From Raillietiella orientalis (taxonomy: Eukaryota): a stretch of DNA of 64,000 bases. Position numbers and translations under genes: made by a program. The DNA lies in assembly GCA_036172245.1 (NCBI GenBank), contig JAYWIR010000018.1, positions 310,001-374,000 on the forward strand, read 5' to 3'. The notes under the pieces are model-generated. The model did not search any database, was not told the origin of the DNA, and saw nothing but the letters and a program-made list of their open reading frames with translations. This document shows, in pieces, positions 1 through 13,147 of the stretch. Numbering within the stretch: position 1 is the stretch's first letter; every line of letters starts with the position of its first letter.

Positions 1-2
1 TG

Positions 3-719
3 CGGTCCTGCAGGGCGGTCTCGGACCAGGGCATCGCTTATCTCACGGGGCGCTCCTTCCGAAGCTCCGGCGGCAACGCCCAGCTGAAGCAGCTCAGCCT
101 GCAGGACTGCCAGAAAATAACGGACGAAGCGTTGAGACACATTGCCGACGGCCTCGCCGTGCTGCACGCCATCAATCTCAGCTTCTGCGGCAACATAACC
201 GACGCAGGTATGAAGTTCATAGCCCGCATCCCCAGTCTTCAGGACCTGAATTTGCGTTCGTGCGATAATATATCCAACGTCGGTATAGCGTATCTCGTGG
301 AGGGTGGGTCGAGTGTCTCCTCCCTCGATCTATCCTTCTGCGATAAAATTAGTGATGAGGCCTTGGCACATATTGCTCGGAATGGATCATTACCTTTGCG
401 CTCCTTATCACTCAACGCTTGCCCCGTGTCGGATGATGGCATATGTCGTCTGTGTCACGGGGCCCCGCTGCTGGAAACCCTCAACATCGGCCAGTGCACG
501 AAGATCACGGATACCGGATTGCATCTCATAGGCGAGAGGATGCTGTGCCTGCGATGTCTGGATTTGTACGGTTGCACCAAGATCACCACGATCGGCTTGG
601 AACGCATCATGCAACTCCCTCGGCTTAGCGTACTTAATCTCGGCCTGTGGCAAAAGTTCTCTCCGCAAGGGTGGTCCTCCCCACCAGTTTCCACCTACAG
701 TGGCCCCATTACTACTTAA
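3..719 (+). CDS. FBXL14: F-box/LRR-repeat protein 14 (Partner of paired), C-terminal LRR part; the 5' end lies upstream of the window
   Basis: Frame is open from nt 3: RSCRAVSDQGIAYL...LSLQDCQKITDEAL...INLSFCGNITDAG...LNLRSCDNISNVG...LNIGQCTKITDTGL...LDLYGCTKITTIGLERIMQLPRLSVLNLGLWQ. This matches FBXL14 repeat by repeat. No introns in this part, consistent with the family. Confidence 0.93.
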   Translation, partial: RSCRAVSDQGIAYLTGRSFRSSGGNAQLKQLSLQDCQKITDEALRHIADGLAVLHAINLSFCGNITDAGMKFIARIPSLQDLNLRSCDNISNVGIAYLVEGGSSVSSLDLSFCDKISDEALAHIARNGSLPLRSLSLNACPVSDDGICRLCHGAPLLETLNIGQCTKITDTGLHLIGERMLCLRCLDLYGCTKITTIGLERIMQLPRLSVLNLGLWQKFSPQGWSSPPVSTYSGPITT

Positions 720-1179
720 TTGAGTTCTCTTCATTACATATCGAGAGTTGAGCTTATGATTCCCGGAATGCTGTGATATCCAACATTTGGTGCTCGTCCT
801 CAACACTAGAGAAAAAGTGATGCTGCGCTGCTAAGTTTCTGCGAACGGTCCCCCTCCGTATCCATGGCGATGCATTCCTCCTGTTCGACATGTGTTCTTG
901 ACGCGGTGTCGGAATTCAGCGGCGTTTCTGCTGGAGTGCTTTGTACAATCAAGAAAATGACAGAAGTGATGCGAAAATTATTATGACTAATCTCTTACCT
1001 AACGTTGTATTTTTTTTCCTGGAATATTTTAGCATCCAGAGATGTTCAGTGCTATTGTTTGAGAAAAATAAAGATCATTTATTGGCAGGATCATAGATTG
1101 GTCCAAATCAGTCGTTCGGAATCGGTTTGGGCGGGAAAAAAAAAAAAAAAACGACTCAGCAAAAACAAAAGAAGGAAAA

Positions 1180-1500
1180 GCGAGGAGCTCGTCATCGACC
1201 GTTTTTCCCGACTCCCTATTTACCTCGCACGTCAACCCACTTGGAATGCGGGGAGTTGGAAGCAGCAGCAATACAGCGAAGGAAGCCGTCGTAAGAATGT
1301 GGGGGTTGAAAACAAAGCGGGAGGGAAGGGGAACGGGGCGGATGGTTCCTTCTTGGTGTGCTTCCCGACGCGCGCTGAGAAGAATGGATTTTTCGGATCT
1401 GCTGGTATCGTCTTCCCTGGCCACGTTTTTGTGCCTCCGTCGCGTGACGGGGTAGACGGGAGCGCTTTCCGTGCCGCTGCCGTGCGTCCAGCGTGCCCCA
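1180..1500 (+). mobile_element. Decayed Ty3/gypsy integrase fragment
   Basis: LVIDRFSRLP (cf. LVVVDRFSRWP), then VRMWGLKT in another frame (cf. CKxWGIK), then DFSDLL...RVTG*TG. Motif order fits the rve domain; frameshifted. Confidence 0.35.
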
Positions 1501-2177
1501 CGCGAAGCCCTCACTTTCCTGCGGAGGGCCCGGCCCACGCGTGGGCGAGCGGGAGAGAGCATTGGGCCGCGGCGGAGGTTGGGAGAGCGAGGCAGGCTGC
1601 TCCTCCGGGACGTGCGGGAACGAGGATGGGAGCGGCCAGCGCGGTGTTCTAGGTGGGGCGAGGACCGACGCGAGATGACGACGACTTTGCCTGCGGAGTG
1701 CAGGGAGAGGCAAGCAAGGAAACCAGGGTCGTCGCTAACGACTGTTCCGTCCACCAGCGAGCTCCCCTCCGACGACTTCGCCACGTACGGGGGGAAGCGG
1801 AGGTCCATCCGCGCTGAGTGCGTCTGCTTTGGTGGTGACCCGTTCTTCGCAGGGCAGATACAAGGATGGGAAACTGGAGCGGCGCTGCTCTCGATGCAGC
1901 CTAGAACGGAGGAAAGGGGGGGTGGGAAGACCACGTTCGCTAGGGGAGCGGCGGCTCAGTCTAATGGGGCCCGGCAGGGCGGATCGTCTCCTCCTGTTCC
2001 CCCACCCCCTCGCTCTCACCGCGATTCCGCTTGCTGCCGAAACCCGCGTCGCGCGAGCAGCTGGGATGGATGCACACGCAGTCGGTGCGTGACCGCTGTT
2101 GCGTTCCTCGCCCGAGGCGAGAGCGGTTCCGCCTCGAGCGCGCGCAAGACGCCCTCGTATCGCCGCCGTGCCGCCGC

Positions 2178-2210
2178 CACCACCACCACCACCACCACCA
2201 CCATCACCAT
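2178..2210. repeat. (CAC)n microsatellite
   Basis: caccaccaccacc...catcaccat is seen directly. Confidence 0.9.
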
Positions 2211-2779
2211 GACTTGGGAATGCTCTCGCGCGCGCATTCGTTCCGTTCCTCTGACAGGCGTGACTTTTCTGGGCATCCCCCCTGGCTCCGTTAGGCCCGT
2301 GTGCGCACGACCGAGAGGTCCGTTGGCGTCCATCCACCCGTCCGTCCACCCAGCGCGCGGGTTACTTCGTGCTTCAGTGTATCACAATGTTGCTCGGCCT
2401 GCGGGTCGCGCCCGCTTGGGATTCTGCGCACGCGGAAGCAGGGAGGGGGCGACGCGGCCGGGGGTAGCCGGCTTTTCCCCAGCCAGCGGACTGGAGAGCG
2501 CAAGGGGAGTGAGCACCGCGGGAAACGAAGGCCGCCAGGACGATACGCCCTTGATTCCGTAGCCGCCCGGGTCCCTCCGCAATCGACGAGGAGTTCCTGC
2601 GTTCCCGGAGACGCCCCGCGGAAGCGTGGGGACAGCTCCGGCGGGGGTGCAAAGCGAGAAGAGGGAGGGCATCGCCAGCGGTGGGAAGGAGGACTGGAAA
2701 GGTCGGCGGTGCGCGTTGCTGCCGCTTCCAGGAGGAGGAGGAGGCAGAGAAATCCGGTCTCTCCCTGCGTTCCCGTAGG

Positions 2780-3750
2780 AACGGGGGTCGCGTCGCGAAT
2801 GTAGGGGAAGAGCATCAGGAGCGGCGAGCTCCGATTGATTTCCGGGACGGCGACGGCGCGGAGGTGCCGAACCCAAACGGCCGCCTCCGCCGCCGCCGCG
2901 CACGACCTCGTGCTGCAGGACGCGTGAAGCCCGCCGGATGGGGAAGGAGCCCTTTCGGCCCTCGCCGGGGGACCTGGGACGGCAGCGGATGACCCCGGGG
3001 AGGCGCGCGCTCCTTCTGACGGCGCCACCCTTACGTCCTCTCTCCAACGTGATCCTGTTCGTGCGACCTCGGGCGCGCCGTCGGTTTCCGGACTCCTTGC
3101 GGTTTCTCTACGCTTCTAAGCATCTCGCGCTGCAGTCGCCGGGTCTGGACGACCCTGGGGCGCAGTCATCTCGTGGGAAGGAAGTGCCAGCGGCAACGGA
3201 GGGAGCTGAAGTCGGTGGACGAAGACCTCCTTCACCCACCCATCACTGGAGAAACGGTGGGGGGCGCTCGGGATAGGATGCATTTCACCGCAAGGACGAG
3301 ATGCAGCTGTGTCCCCAAGATGGCGGCCTAAAACATTCCGTCATCTTGCGTGCCCCTCCGTTCCGCTGGCAGCTTCTCGTTTTTGCTTGGAATGAGGAAG
3401 GGGCGCAGCGGGCGGAGTGAGGGAAGAAGGGGGAGACTCCCGAGCGAATGCCGCGCCGGTCGCCCCTTCCGTAACGGGGAATCTGCTTGCCTGGCTCCTA
3501 CCCGACCCTTCCCGGGAAGGGCGACTCGCTCGAGGGGGTTCTCCGTCCTCGCCGTCCCGAGCATGGAGCCGCGGTCTCGTCTCTGGCCGATCGCGAGGGT
3601 CTCCGCATAGGTGGCGGCGCCCCGCACGGTTGCCAGTAAACCAGCGGTCGGCCGTCCGCGCCGGAATCTCCGGCTGCGGGAGGGTTCTCGCCGAGGAGAA
3701 CCGCTCAAGGCGGGTGGACGGAAGCGATTTCTTTCTTCTCACGCCCCCCC
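2780..3750 (+). mobile_element. Very decayed, GC-rich Ty3/gypsy RT-RNase H relic
   Basis: Collinear weak motifs: PGLDDP (YLDD-like, ~3140), SFSFLLGM (RSFLGM-like, ~3380), LAPTRPFPGRATRSRGFSVLAV (cf. PDxTRPFxLxTDASxxGIGAVL) and WPIARVSA* (cf. PIAYASR). Confidence 0.33.
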
Positions 3751-5049
3751 CCCCCCACACACACTCCCTCTCTTTCGGCGGCTGTCCTCGCGACGACTAT
3801 GCGCGCAGAGCTTCAGACGCCTCCCGTCGTTGCAGAGACACCCTTAGAGCGCCGCGGATGCGCGGCGGTGGGGGTGGGCGCCAAACGTACTGCCCGCGCG
3901 CGCGCCCATCGCCCGTCCGACGCTGCGAGTGCGCCGGGTGATTTCTCGGAGCCGACAAAGGTGCGCGCAGTGCGTCTCCTCATCCTATCCTGGACTTGCT
4001 CTTTGGATCCGTTCCCAGCCACGGTACTGGTGCTTTCGCGCTCGTGCTGCAAGCAGATCTTCCCTCCCCCCCTCTCCTTCGTCTTTCGTTTTCTCTCCCT
4101 CTCTCTCTGTCCTTCTGCCTGTGTCTACTTTTTCCATCGATTCCTTCGAACGCCCGAGTGCTCGGTACTCCCTCTGACGGGATAAGCGAGTAGGTCGAAC
4201 CGCTCGAAGAAATGGTAGGGGGGAGGAGGAGGAGAGGGATCCATCCCGCGGAAAATGCAAATGGCCGGCGAGGACGACTACAAGCAGTGGGGGGAAAAGG
4301 AAGGAGCTCGCCCGCCCTTCCCACGTAGGGCGCGCGCGCATCCATTTTGCGCGGCGATCACGTGACCGCCGCCGCGGCGGCGTCGTAGTAACGGCGCGCG
4401 ACTCGCTTCGCGCACAGCGGGGCGGGCGGCGATGTGGGCTGCGTGGAGGGAGGATCGGGGAGAAAGAAGAGCGTCGCCGCCCCTGCTCCCGGCTTGATTT
4501 TTCGGAATCCGGTTGCTTCCTCTTCCTCCGTTCCAGGGAGATTGTCGGGGCGTGCCTTCCTGTGTTGCTTGGGGGAAAGCGAGGCAACCTCGTCGTCACC
4601 CTCCGCTCGCCGCACCGGCTGCCATCTTGGGCTCAAAACGAACGCGCGCCTGCTCCGCCCGGAGCTCCCGGCTCCCACAGACTGCATCCCTAGCGTCGCA
4701 ACTAGGGGAAACCGAGAGAAGAAAACAACGACAAGAAAGGAAAGAAGAAGAAAAAGACTCGCGACGGTTCTTCGCGAAAGGTTTCCAGGGAGCCCTTGCA
4801 TTGCGATGCGCTCTCCTTCCCGGCGCCCGGGTGGAAGGCGGAGGCGGGTGTGTGCACTTTCGCTCCCAAGCAGCCTCCGGGGAGAGGAACGAGACGCAGG
4901 AAACAGGCGGATGTCGATGATCTGCAAGGAAGGGTAGAAGGGGAGGTGTGTGTGTGAGGGGGGGGGGGGAAGCTGCGAGCACCTCCGTCCCCCGGTCTCT
5001 TAACTCGCCCCATCCCTCCTCATACGGAACTCACCCTTTTACCTCCCCT

Positions 5050-7300
5050 TGATTTTTCATCCCCCCTCACAAGCCCCGTAGGCAGTGGCTGTCCTCAGGT
5101 GACCCCTCCAGCCAGCTCCCTGACTTCGGGGACCCCGCCCGAGTCGAGAGCACCCTGCATGCGCCTCTCGGTCCGCGGGTAGTCAGCGGACCGAGCCCGA
5201 GTGCCCAGAGGTAGCTTCCTCCACACACCTTGCGCACGACGCACGTACTTTCAAGAGCGGCGTTGGAGGATGCTCGGACTCTCCGAGCGGATTCGACCTC
5301 CTGGAAAACTGGGGGTATCCTCGCCCCCTCCTCTGGGGCGGGCACGAGCCCCCACCCACCCACCAAACCGACGACGACGTGGGAAGCGCTCGGCGGCCGC
5401 TAGGTGGCGCAGCTGTCTGAGGCGTCTCCCCTCCCAGCCTGACGACGCCGTCGCCTGCGCTGGCGGGTGGGAAGTTTGCGCGCTCGGAGGAGGAGGAAGG
5501 GAAGAGGGGAGCTGCGGGCCCTTCAAGCGACTTCCATGCGCCTCTCTTCCTCCGGCTGCGCAGACCCAGGGAAGAGCTCCTTAGGAAAATCGTGCGCCCG
5601 CCCGCCCGCCCTCCTGGAGGGAGAGCTCCTGCGCGGATTCCGCCGCTCTCTCGCCGGCGGCAGGTGGTTGCCGTAGGCGCCGCCCCAACCTCGCCCCTTC
5701 CAGGAACGGGCGATTTTTTCCAGGTCCGCGCCGCCACGCTCTCGGCCCTTCCCGCAGAGAGCGATCGGGGCCGCACATCCCTCCATGTGCGGGAAGAGCA
5801 GCGATCCGTCAGGACGCGACCTGGAGGCTTCGCGCTCTCTTCCTAGCTCCGCCCTCGGGGCAAAGGGAACGATGAAAGGACGCGGCTGGCCTGGGCCTCC
5901 GCTCTGCGCCCTCCGGCCGCGCAGCTGCCGCGATGCCCCCCGAGCGAGCGCATCTCCCTGCTGTAGCAGCAATCGCCGCCGTCTCCCACATGGCGGGCGT
6001 GACTTCGTTCCAGGAGCCAGGGAGCAAGGGTGAGAGGCGTTCCGCGAGGGCAGGGGGGCGGCAGACGTCCGGCCCGCCCTCGCGTGGGTTGATATGCACG
6101 ACGGTCCACGAGCGGCGTTCAGGAGGGTGGACTCCTCCTCCCGGAGGAAAGGGAGGTCCGCGCCGCTCTGCCTTCTTCCCGGGTCTCTCCTCCCCCAACC
6201 CTCGCTCCTCCGCTTTCGCCAGAAGCGGCAGCGGCGCGCTCTCATGCCCGCGGCGACCGCCGGGGAGGAGGGGGAGGAGGCGTGGGTCCAGGAAGGGCCC
6301 CCTGGGACCGTGCATATCTCGCCTTCGAGCGGCGCTGCGTCAGGGGAGACCCTTGGGACCGTCGATGCGCGAGGGAGCCCGTGCTTCGCGTCCCTCAGGG
6401 AACCCTGGCCGCCTCTCCGAGACATTTTCCGGAAGGCGGGGGTGGTGCCCCCTTGCGTACCTCGGCCTGCCGTTCGGCCTCTATCTCGGTACGTGGGGAG
6501 GAGGCAAGTCGCGGGATTTCCCTCCCGGCGGGGAGTCTGGGTAGAGACAGCGCCGATGGGGCTGGGACTAGGTCACGCGCGTGCTAGGCCTGCCCTGAAG
6601 GTCTCAGAAAGGCCTTGCGGCGCGGCGCGCGCAATTTTTCTTTTTGTCCTGCTGGGGCGGGCATTTTCTGCGCAACGCTAAAATCACCTCCGTGCGAGCG
6701 TAGCGGCGCGACCTGCGCCAGGTCGCCTGCGCTGCTGCCGGATACCGGAGGAACCGCCCGAGGCCACGGCGTGACCCCATCGGAGCGTCGCAAGACCGTT
6801 CGTGCAACCTTCCCCCACTTGGGGAAGAGGAAACCCCAGCGCGCGCGGGGACCGCAACCAGCCAGAAGCCGTTCGTCGCTCTTGCGATCGGCCCGCCATC
6901 TCGCGAGACTCAACGAAACCGCAACGCGCCAACGACGCGATCGCCAGGTGTCGCCACATTGCCAGATCCTGCGATCATGTCTTCCGTATGGCATTCCGCA
7001 CTTCTCGGCTACGCGCGTTGGCATGCTGGAGCGAGGACCAAGGAAACGGTAGTGAGTCGTCCGTCGCGGACGATTCTCTTCCGGTCTTCAGAATCGAAAA
7101 GTTTTCCATGGAAACTTTTTTCTCCTTCCCCCCGGTTTTGGGGTGCAGAGCCTCGTTCAGCGACATCATCACCGTCATCGCTATCGCTACCAAGGGCGTC
7201 GAAAGGATGGATCCCCGTGCAGCTGACGGGAAAAAACGCCCAAGGTGACCCGCCGATAGGGTCCACCTGGTTTCGTGTGAACGAGGTTGCCTCGGGAACG
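5050..7300 (-). mobile_element. Decayed, GC-rich Ty3/gypsy pol relic (RT to integrase zinc finger)
   Basis: Minus-strand motifs in pol order: LGRFFPSAA..ILSTPLVAI, SLNEALHP, ENFSILK, ERLLAG...RSDGVTPWPRAV (cf. DGVxPDPxKV), then KVRASCARCVEE (HHCC CxxC) near 5240. Confidence 0.4.
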
Positions 7301-8375
7301 CCAGTAGATATCGCAAAGCACCCAGGCATGTGTGCGCGTGTCACCTCGCTTACCCTCCCCCTCTCCTCCCCGACCCGAAGACTCTGCGTGTGCCTTCCCC
7401 GCTAGCCGAGCGACCTCGCTTTTTCCTGCAGGGTCAGCCGGCCCGACTCTTCGAGAACATCTGCTCCCACGTTTTTCCGAACTCCGCGAGGAGGAAATCG
7501 GATACTTCGCTCGAGAGGGAGGGAGGGTGGGAGAGGCGCAGTTGCCTGGGAAACCCAACCCCGGCTCCAGGAAGCGGGGAATGATCCGCGCCGACCACCT
7601 CCTGGAGGTTTCGTGATGGTCTGTGGCGAGAACAGCCGATACAGGTGGGGCATCCAAAATCCGAGCTGCTGGACCTTGCCATTCGCCGGACGACCGGCGG
7701 GCACGCGTGAGAGGGGATTCGCCCCGCGGCTGGCGCCGACCCGGGTCGCCAGCCGCGTGCCTCGCAACTCTTCTGGATGGGGAAGGTCGAAGGGATCATC
7801 TGGTGGACTGCGCTGCCCTCTTCCGTCAGAGCTCGCTGACTGGGCGTGAGGGCGCTGCTCTCCTGCGTCCGTCTGCCCCCTTGGACCCCGAGGTCCGTGC
7901 AGGAGAGGGTGGTCTGCGTTGCTCTCGGAATCTCAGGAGCGAAGGTAGGCGGGGTCAGTGCCACAACGGAAAAACTCCTTCGCGGCGCCGACCTCCCCTG
8001 CCTTTTCTCCACCTGCAGCTTCTTTCCTCATCCCCGGCATCATCGTCGTCGTCGTTGTCAACCCCCTTCTCGTTCCTCCCTCTCCCTTCACTCCCACCCT
8101 TCCATTCAAGAGGCATGTGGGACTCCCGACGGACTTCTCTCGAAGATGCCCTCGGGGGAGGTTTGTCTAGGAGCGCCAATCGGGAAAGCGGTTTGGTCCT
8201 TCTCTTCCCCCCCCCCTCTTTCCGTGAGAATCTGGACTGGACGCTCTGGAGTCGCTCGGCCACCTCTGCGCAGAGTTGCATCTTTCCCCCCACCCCCCCA
8301 CTCTTTCTCCTCATCTCTCCACCGCGGTTTCCATGGCAGCGCGGCATTCTTCTCCCTCGGTCCCTCTGACGGCAG

Positions 8376-9853
8376 GTGCGCCATGATCGAAGAGGCAAGT
8401 AGCTCCCGGGGTCCAGTCCGACCACCTCGTAGGGAGGGGGCTCGCATGACCCGGAGTATTCCAGCTTCTAAGGAAGGACTTCCTGGCTGCGATGCAGGAG
8501 GAGATCGTCGCCGAGTTGGGGATGGTGGCGAGGAACCACGGAGAGGAGCTTCCCTGCGCGCGCGCCGATTCCGAAGGTGAGGAGGAGGAGGCGAGGGAGG
8601 GGGTGGTTCGGGGGTAACGGAGGATGCTCTGACTTTCCTTCCTCCCTCCCCAAGACGAGGAGAAGCGCCACCAGAGAGAGAGGGAGCGCAGACACGTCAC
8701 CCCGGCAGAGCTGGCGCTGCCGAAGCCGTTGTCCCTGGGAATCCATGAGGGAGCCCCGAATTGGTCGGAAGGAGGGTTCACGGGAACGGCAGGGACCCCA
8801 CACTGCCCCCTTGTGGGGAACGGTGATCCCCGGGATGAAGTAGCGGTCCCAGGTAAGAGGAGGGGCCAAGAGGGGGGGTCATCCGGCCCAAATTCCCCAC
8901 GAAGGTGCGGAGCGCCAGATCCTGACTCCCACTCCAGCTCCCCTTCATCCTCCCCCTGGTCTGAGCTGCGACCCATCTGCTCTTTCAGGGAAAGGCTGCT
9001 TGCAGGCTGACGCTATCCTCTGCTGCCCCGGAGCAAGGGCTCCCTCCGCCCTCCGAAGGGATCCCGATCCGGAAGGATGCACCCCGGGACCAGAGAGGCT
9101 GGTGGTTTCAGCAGGCACGAGGGCACTGGTGGGGTCAGGGAGGGTTCCGGCCTCAAAGGGCGGACGCTTGCGTGCCTCCATTCCGGTGACGGGACAGAGA
9201 GAGGGTCGGCTCCGCTCTTGCCACCCCCTCCAGCCGCTCACCGACCGAAGAGGGTTCTGCCCGTATTCCGCGCACGAACGTTGCCAGGGAGACCGTGCTC
9301 TGGCAGGCGATCGCCCCCCATTCTCCCCCTAGAGTCCGCGCGAGGTCGGGCGGAAGGTGCAGGAGCTCCGCCGCCTGCCGATGGGGCCGCCGGGGAGTCA
9401 GTGGGGGGGGAAGGGCTGAACCTTCCTTAACTTGCAGGCTCACGCTCGGAACCGGGGGAGGAAAGCCTGGACGAAGAGGGGGAAGACGAGGAGGATGTCC
9501 AGGACGAGGAGGAAGGGGAAGATTCCATATTGGATCTCGAGAGCACCAGCAGCCTGGGGAGCAGCTTGTCCTTCTCCATCGGTGTGACTCGGGGGATGTC
9601 GCTCCAGCCAAGCCTCTCCGTGGGGATGCTGCGCCCTTCCCTGGTCTCCCCCAATCGGGCGACTCGGGAAGGAGGGTGCAGAGATGAGATCCCCTCAGAT
9701 GCTCAGCGCAACCTCTCTTTTTGACTTTCAGAGCTCTCCGACCCGGAGTCCCTGCCCAGCCAGCTCAACTCCGGCGTGGACCTCACTCAGATCGTGGGCG
9801 CCCGAGGCGACGAGGGGGATTACTCCTTCCACTTCATGGAACCCCACTTTTGA
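8376..9853 (+). CDS. Unidentified GC-rich multi-exon gene (3' part); upstream exons probably lie in 7400-8200
   Basis: Phase-compatible exon chain: 8376-8394, GC-AG intron (gcaagt donor), 8465-8576 (CAMIEE-LLRKDFLAAMQEEIVAELGMVARNHGEE), 8654-8851, further exons, an acidic exon from ~9438 (EESLDEEGEDEEDVQDEEEGEDS), and a last exon from ~9732 ending DYSFHFMEPHF-TGA. No family recognised; some internal junctions are uncertain. Confidence 0.45.
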
Positions 9854-10949
9854 CGAACAAAAACCCCTTGGACTTTCCCAGAGCTTTGGAGCGGATATTG
9901 TATCAAGGGAGGGGGGGGGGGGAAGGAGATCGATCGATGGATCGATCCTGGGGATGGGTTGGTGGGGCTGGGAAGGACTTTATCTGCAAGCGACTATCCC
10001 CAGAAGCGGATCGTTGTAGATTCCTTGGAGGGCGCTGCTGCCTCTTCCTGGAAGAGGCGGGACGACCCTCCGTGGCACAAGATGTTTTCTTCTTTCCGTA
10101 TCCAGACGCATCCTCACGAGGATCCTCACGCAACCTAGTTTCCCACGGCATGCACAGGGACGCCTGAGGGCAGGCAGTCCGGATGAGTTCCCGAAGATGC
10201 GGCCGTCCGGTCCGCCTCCGAGTCCCAAAGGCTGCGCAGGTCGGATGGCCAGGGGAGGAGGACATCCTTCTGCTTGGCGTCGCTCCTGGGATCTTCGCCG
10301 CACAGGCGCAGGAAGCAGCAAGAGGACGCGGGTCGGGTCCGCATGCCGGAGCACTCTTCCCGTAGCTCTGGCGCCGGGGAACGAAGGCTTCCCGAATCAT
10401 CTCGTCCGAGGGACTTATCCTAACTAGCCGGACCTGAAGAGGGACCTAGGAATTCCCCCGATCGGTCCTTTCCTGCTTCTGTAGTTTCGCGGAGAATCTG
10501 CACTTCCTGGAGGAGGCCGGTCCTCCTCCACCTTCCTCTTTCGCTCCCAGAGTAGCGCGAGCCCAGACCGGTACGCGTCTTCGCAGCGACAGCTTTCCCA
10601 CTGTCCATTGAGTTCAGAGATGGCTGCCCCTCAGGCTACTCTTTGATATCTTCCACCCAGTGTCCGGAATTTCTTCCACTTCATTTCTTCCGCTGCCATG
10701 TCAGAGGGCTGCAGGACATGCGTTGCCACGATTGTCTCTGAGATGGAATTCTCGGAGACACAGGTCGTTCAACCGACCCGTCCCGGCGTTAGCATGCGAT
10801 TATCGCCCTCATATTCCGAGGCCGTTTTCTCTATGTCTCCCTCAGGCAAAGTCAGCTGTTTGTCGCCCTTGCTGCCTGTGGAGCGGGCAATGGGAACACT
10901 CAAGAAGTTGCGAAATAGCAGGAAGCATTTCCAGAAAATTCTGCGGTAG

Positions 10950-12800
10950 CCGCTCAGCAAGGAGAAGCGAGGAGTTGGTGGTTCTTGCGAGGGATAAATT
11001 TGTGCAGCTTGTTCGAAGCCGTTGCTACCAGGTTGTGCTGGGTGCCGTCCAGCAGCGCCTAATCATCGCAATGAAAATGGCGTCAGCTACCTGGATGACC
11101 ATGAAGTGAGCGAGTACTTCAGGAGCGAGGATTCTGGAGAGGAGATGACTGAAGAGAAATAATGCCTTTCTCTATCACTTGGGAGAGATTGACAAATGGC
11201 TGAGACATTAATACTATCTGCGGCAGCCTTTAGAAGAAGGCTTTCATTAAAAGATAGGGTTCTGCGTTTTCTCGTCTCTGCTTTATGTATCGGCTCGGTT
11301 TCACGTACTAAATCATGTGCTTAGCTGTTTCCTGAAGCTGCCCATTGGAACAGCAAGGAAACCATCAACAGATTCCTATTCCTAATGCCATTGCTTTTTA
11401 CGAGCCTTTCAACTCTAGTTTAATGATGAGGGCAAGATCGGTGAGCAGGAGGAGTGTTTAAGTTGAGAAAGCCTCATATGTGCATTTAATCCAGCTATTG
11501 ATATTAAAAAAAAAAGCAAACAAACCAACAGACAAGCGTGATCTTTCATTTTTATGTATTCGACGAAATTAGTAATTTATTCTGCTTTCAGCTCACTCGG
11601 ATGAGAATACGTTTGCTGTGATTCAAACCATAAAAGCAGCCAAATGGTGATTTCGTTCGTGTCCAGAGAACACAGAGTGCTCGTTTCCGAACGATAGCTA
11701 CACACGAAATTTAGTTTACGGTCTCGCTTTCAGTGAACAAACTTCCTGAGGACATGGGTTTTTTTACTTGCTATCGAAGCCATTCAATTGCCTCTCCTTG
11801 CTTGCTTCCCTTACCTGTTGTTACCTCTTCTGGCTTCCCCCTAATCTTCCCTTTTCCCCCTTCTGCCTCTGCACTAGCAAAACCGAAGGAAAACAAACAG
11901 ATGGTGTCATGTAACTCGACTGAATGTTTTCCATTGCTTGTTTCTCTGCAGCAATTTTTCCACGATCCCATGCACCGAGTGCTGCTGAGTGGAAGGACAA
12001 AATATATCCTTCCGCCACTGTGGAGAGAGCCTTTGTGTCGCCGCTGCTTTCCAATCCTTTGCTGGGTAACAACAGGTTTGAGCAAGGATGTAAGAACAGA
12101 AGAACTGAGCCAACGTGGGTTTGACGGCGAAACTTTCGAAGGCCGGATGGCGGAGAGGAGAGATTTCAGATCCCAATCTTTTGCCCACCCAATAGGGACG
12201 TCGTGATCTGAATCAGGTTGCTTCTGGCTGCGGATTACGTACGCTGTTATTTTCGAACTCCCTCTTGTGTTCAGGCGGAGTACACTTCCGTACAGATTGT
12301 TGGTTTATTCCGGAACTCTCAAGTACCTAAAGAGTACCTATTCGTCGACAAGTGTGATCGCGGCCCCGTTCACACCGTCTTCGTGTACAACACGCCAGGC
12401 ATGGCAGCTTTCTTGTTCGGCGTCGGTATTCCGTGCTTGCTCCGTGCTCGTGCCGTTTAACCTGCACCCTATAAGAACAAAGACGTGTAACGTGAGAAGA
12501 CGATTTCCGTCTGCTGCTGCCACTGTTGCTTTCGGCTTCCACCATGATGACTTCGTCCCCGTGAGGGGTGGTTCGAATCCTCGCGTCGCGGAAAGCGTCG
12601 TTCGCGGCGGCGGCGGTGGTGGTTGCCAACACTTTCGAGGTGGAGCAAGCATGGGTCTTTTTCTTTGTTTTTTCGAAAAAAAAAAAAAAATGATTCGGGC
12701 CAACGGCCTTCGAACGTATCCGTTTTCAGACCTAAAGTACCGTACTTGTAAGTCGGCTTCATGTACACGACGTTAGGCAGAGAGCCTCTGCTTGCACCGA
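10950..12800 (+). mobile_element. Decayed Ty3/gypsy pol relic (RNase H, HHCC, integrase core)
   Basis: LGAVQQ; TEEK*CL/ITW/EIDKWLRH*YYLRQP (cf. [24 protein letters not shown]); PPLWREPL..., GLSKDVRT; VQIVGLFRNS..KEYLFVDK; FGVGIP; YRT..; TLGREPLL. Correct domain order with many stops and frameshifts. Confidence 0.55.
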
Positions 12801-13147
12801 CGGGTATTCGCGACCACAAATGTTGTGAATTGCTGTGTGAATGCTGCTCACGACAAAAGTGCCGAAGATTTCAGAGCTTTGAATCCCATCCTCTGTAGCA
12901 AATTGGAACACCCAGTTGTTCACAAAGTGAAAGTGGATGGATGAGCCTCTGCATGCTGCCCCAACTGTTGATCTGGTGTAATTGCAGGGTGAAACAGGAG
13001 AATCCAGACCGAAGAATTTTTACGTGTTTTCCTCTCCCAACGCATTCCCGTGGTTGATGTTGTGGAGATACAGAGTTTACGAAATCGCAGCTGTTTTGTT
13101 TTGCACCAACATTGTGAAATACACTGTGCTTAATAAAGCGTCCAGAA

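Noticed and set aside
1000..10600. Numerous long overlapping Arg/Pro/Gly-rich ORFs in all six frames
   Set aside because: Expected from stop-codon scarcity in GC-rich DNA; low complexity and no coherent domains apart from the relic motifs and exon chain noted.
12560..12590. GGTTCGAATCC B-box suggesting a tRNA gene
   Set aside because: No A-box or cloverleaf is evident, and it lies within the gypsy integrase relic.
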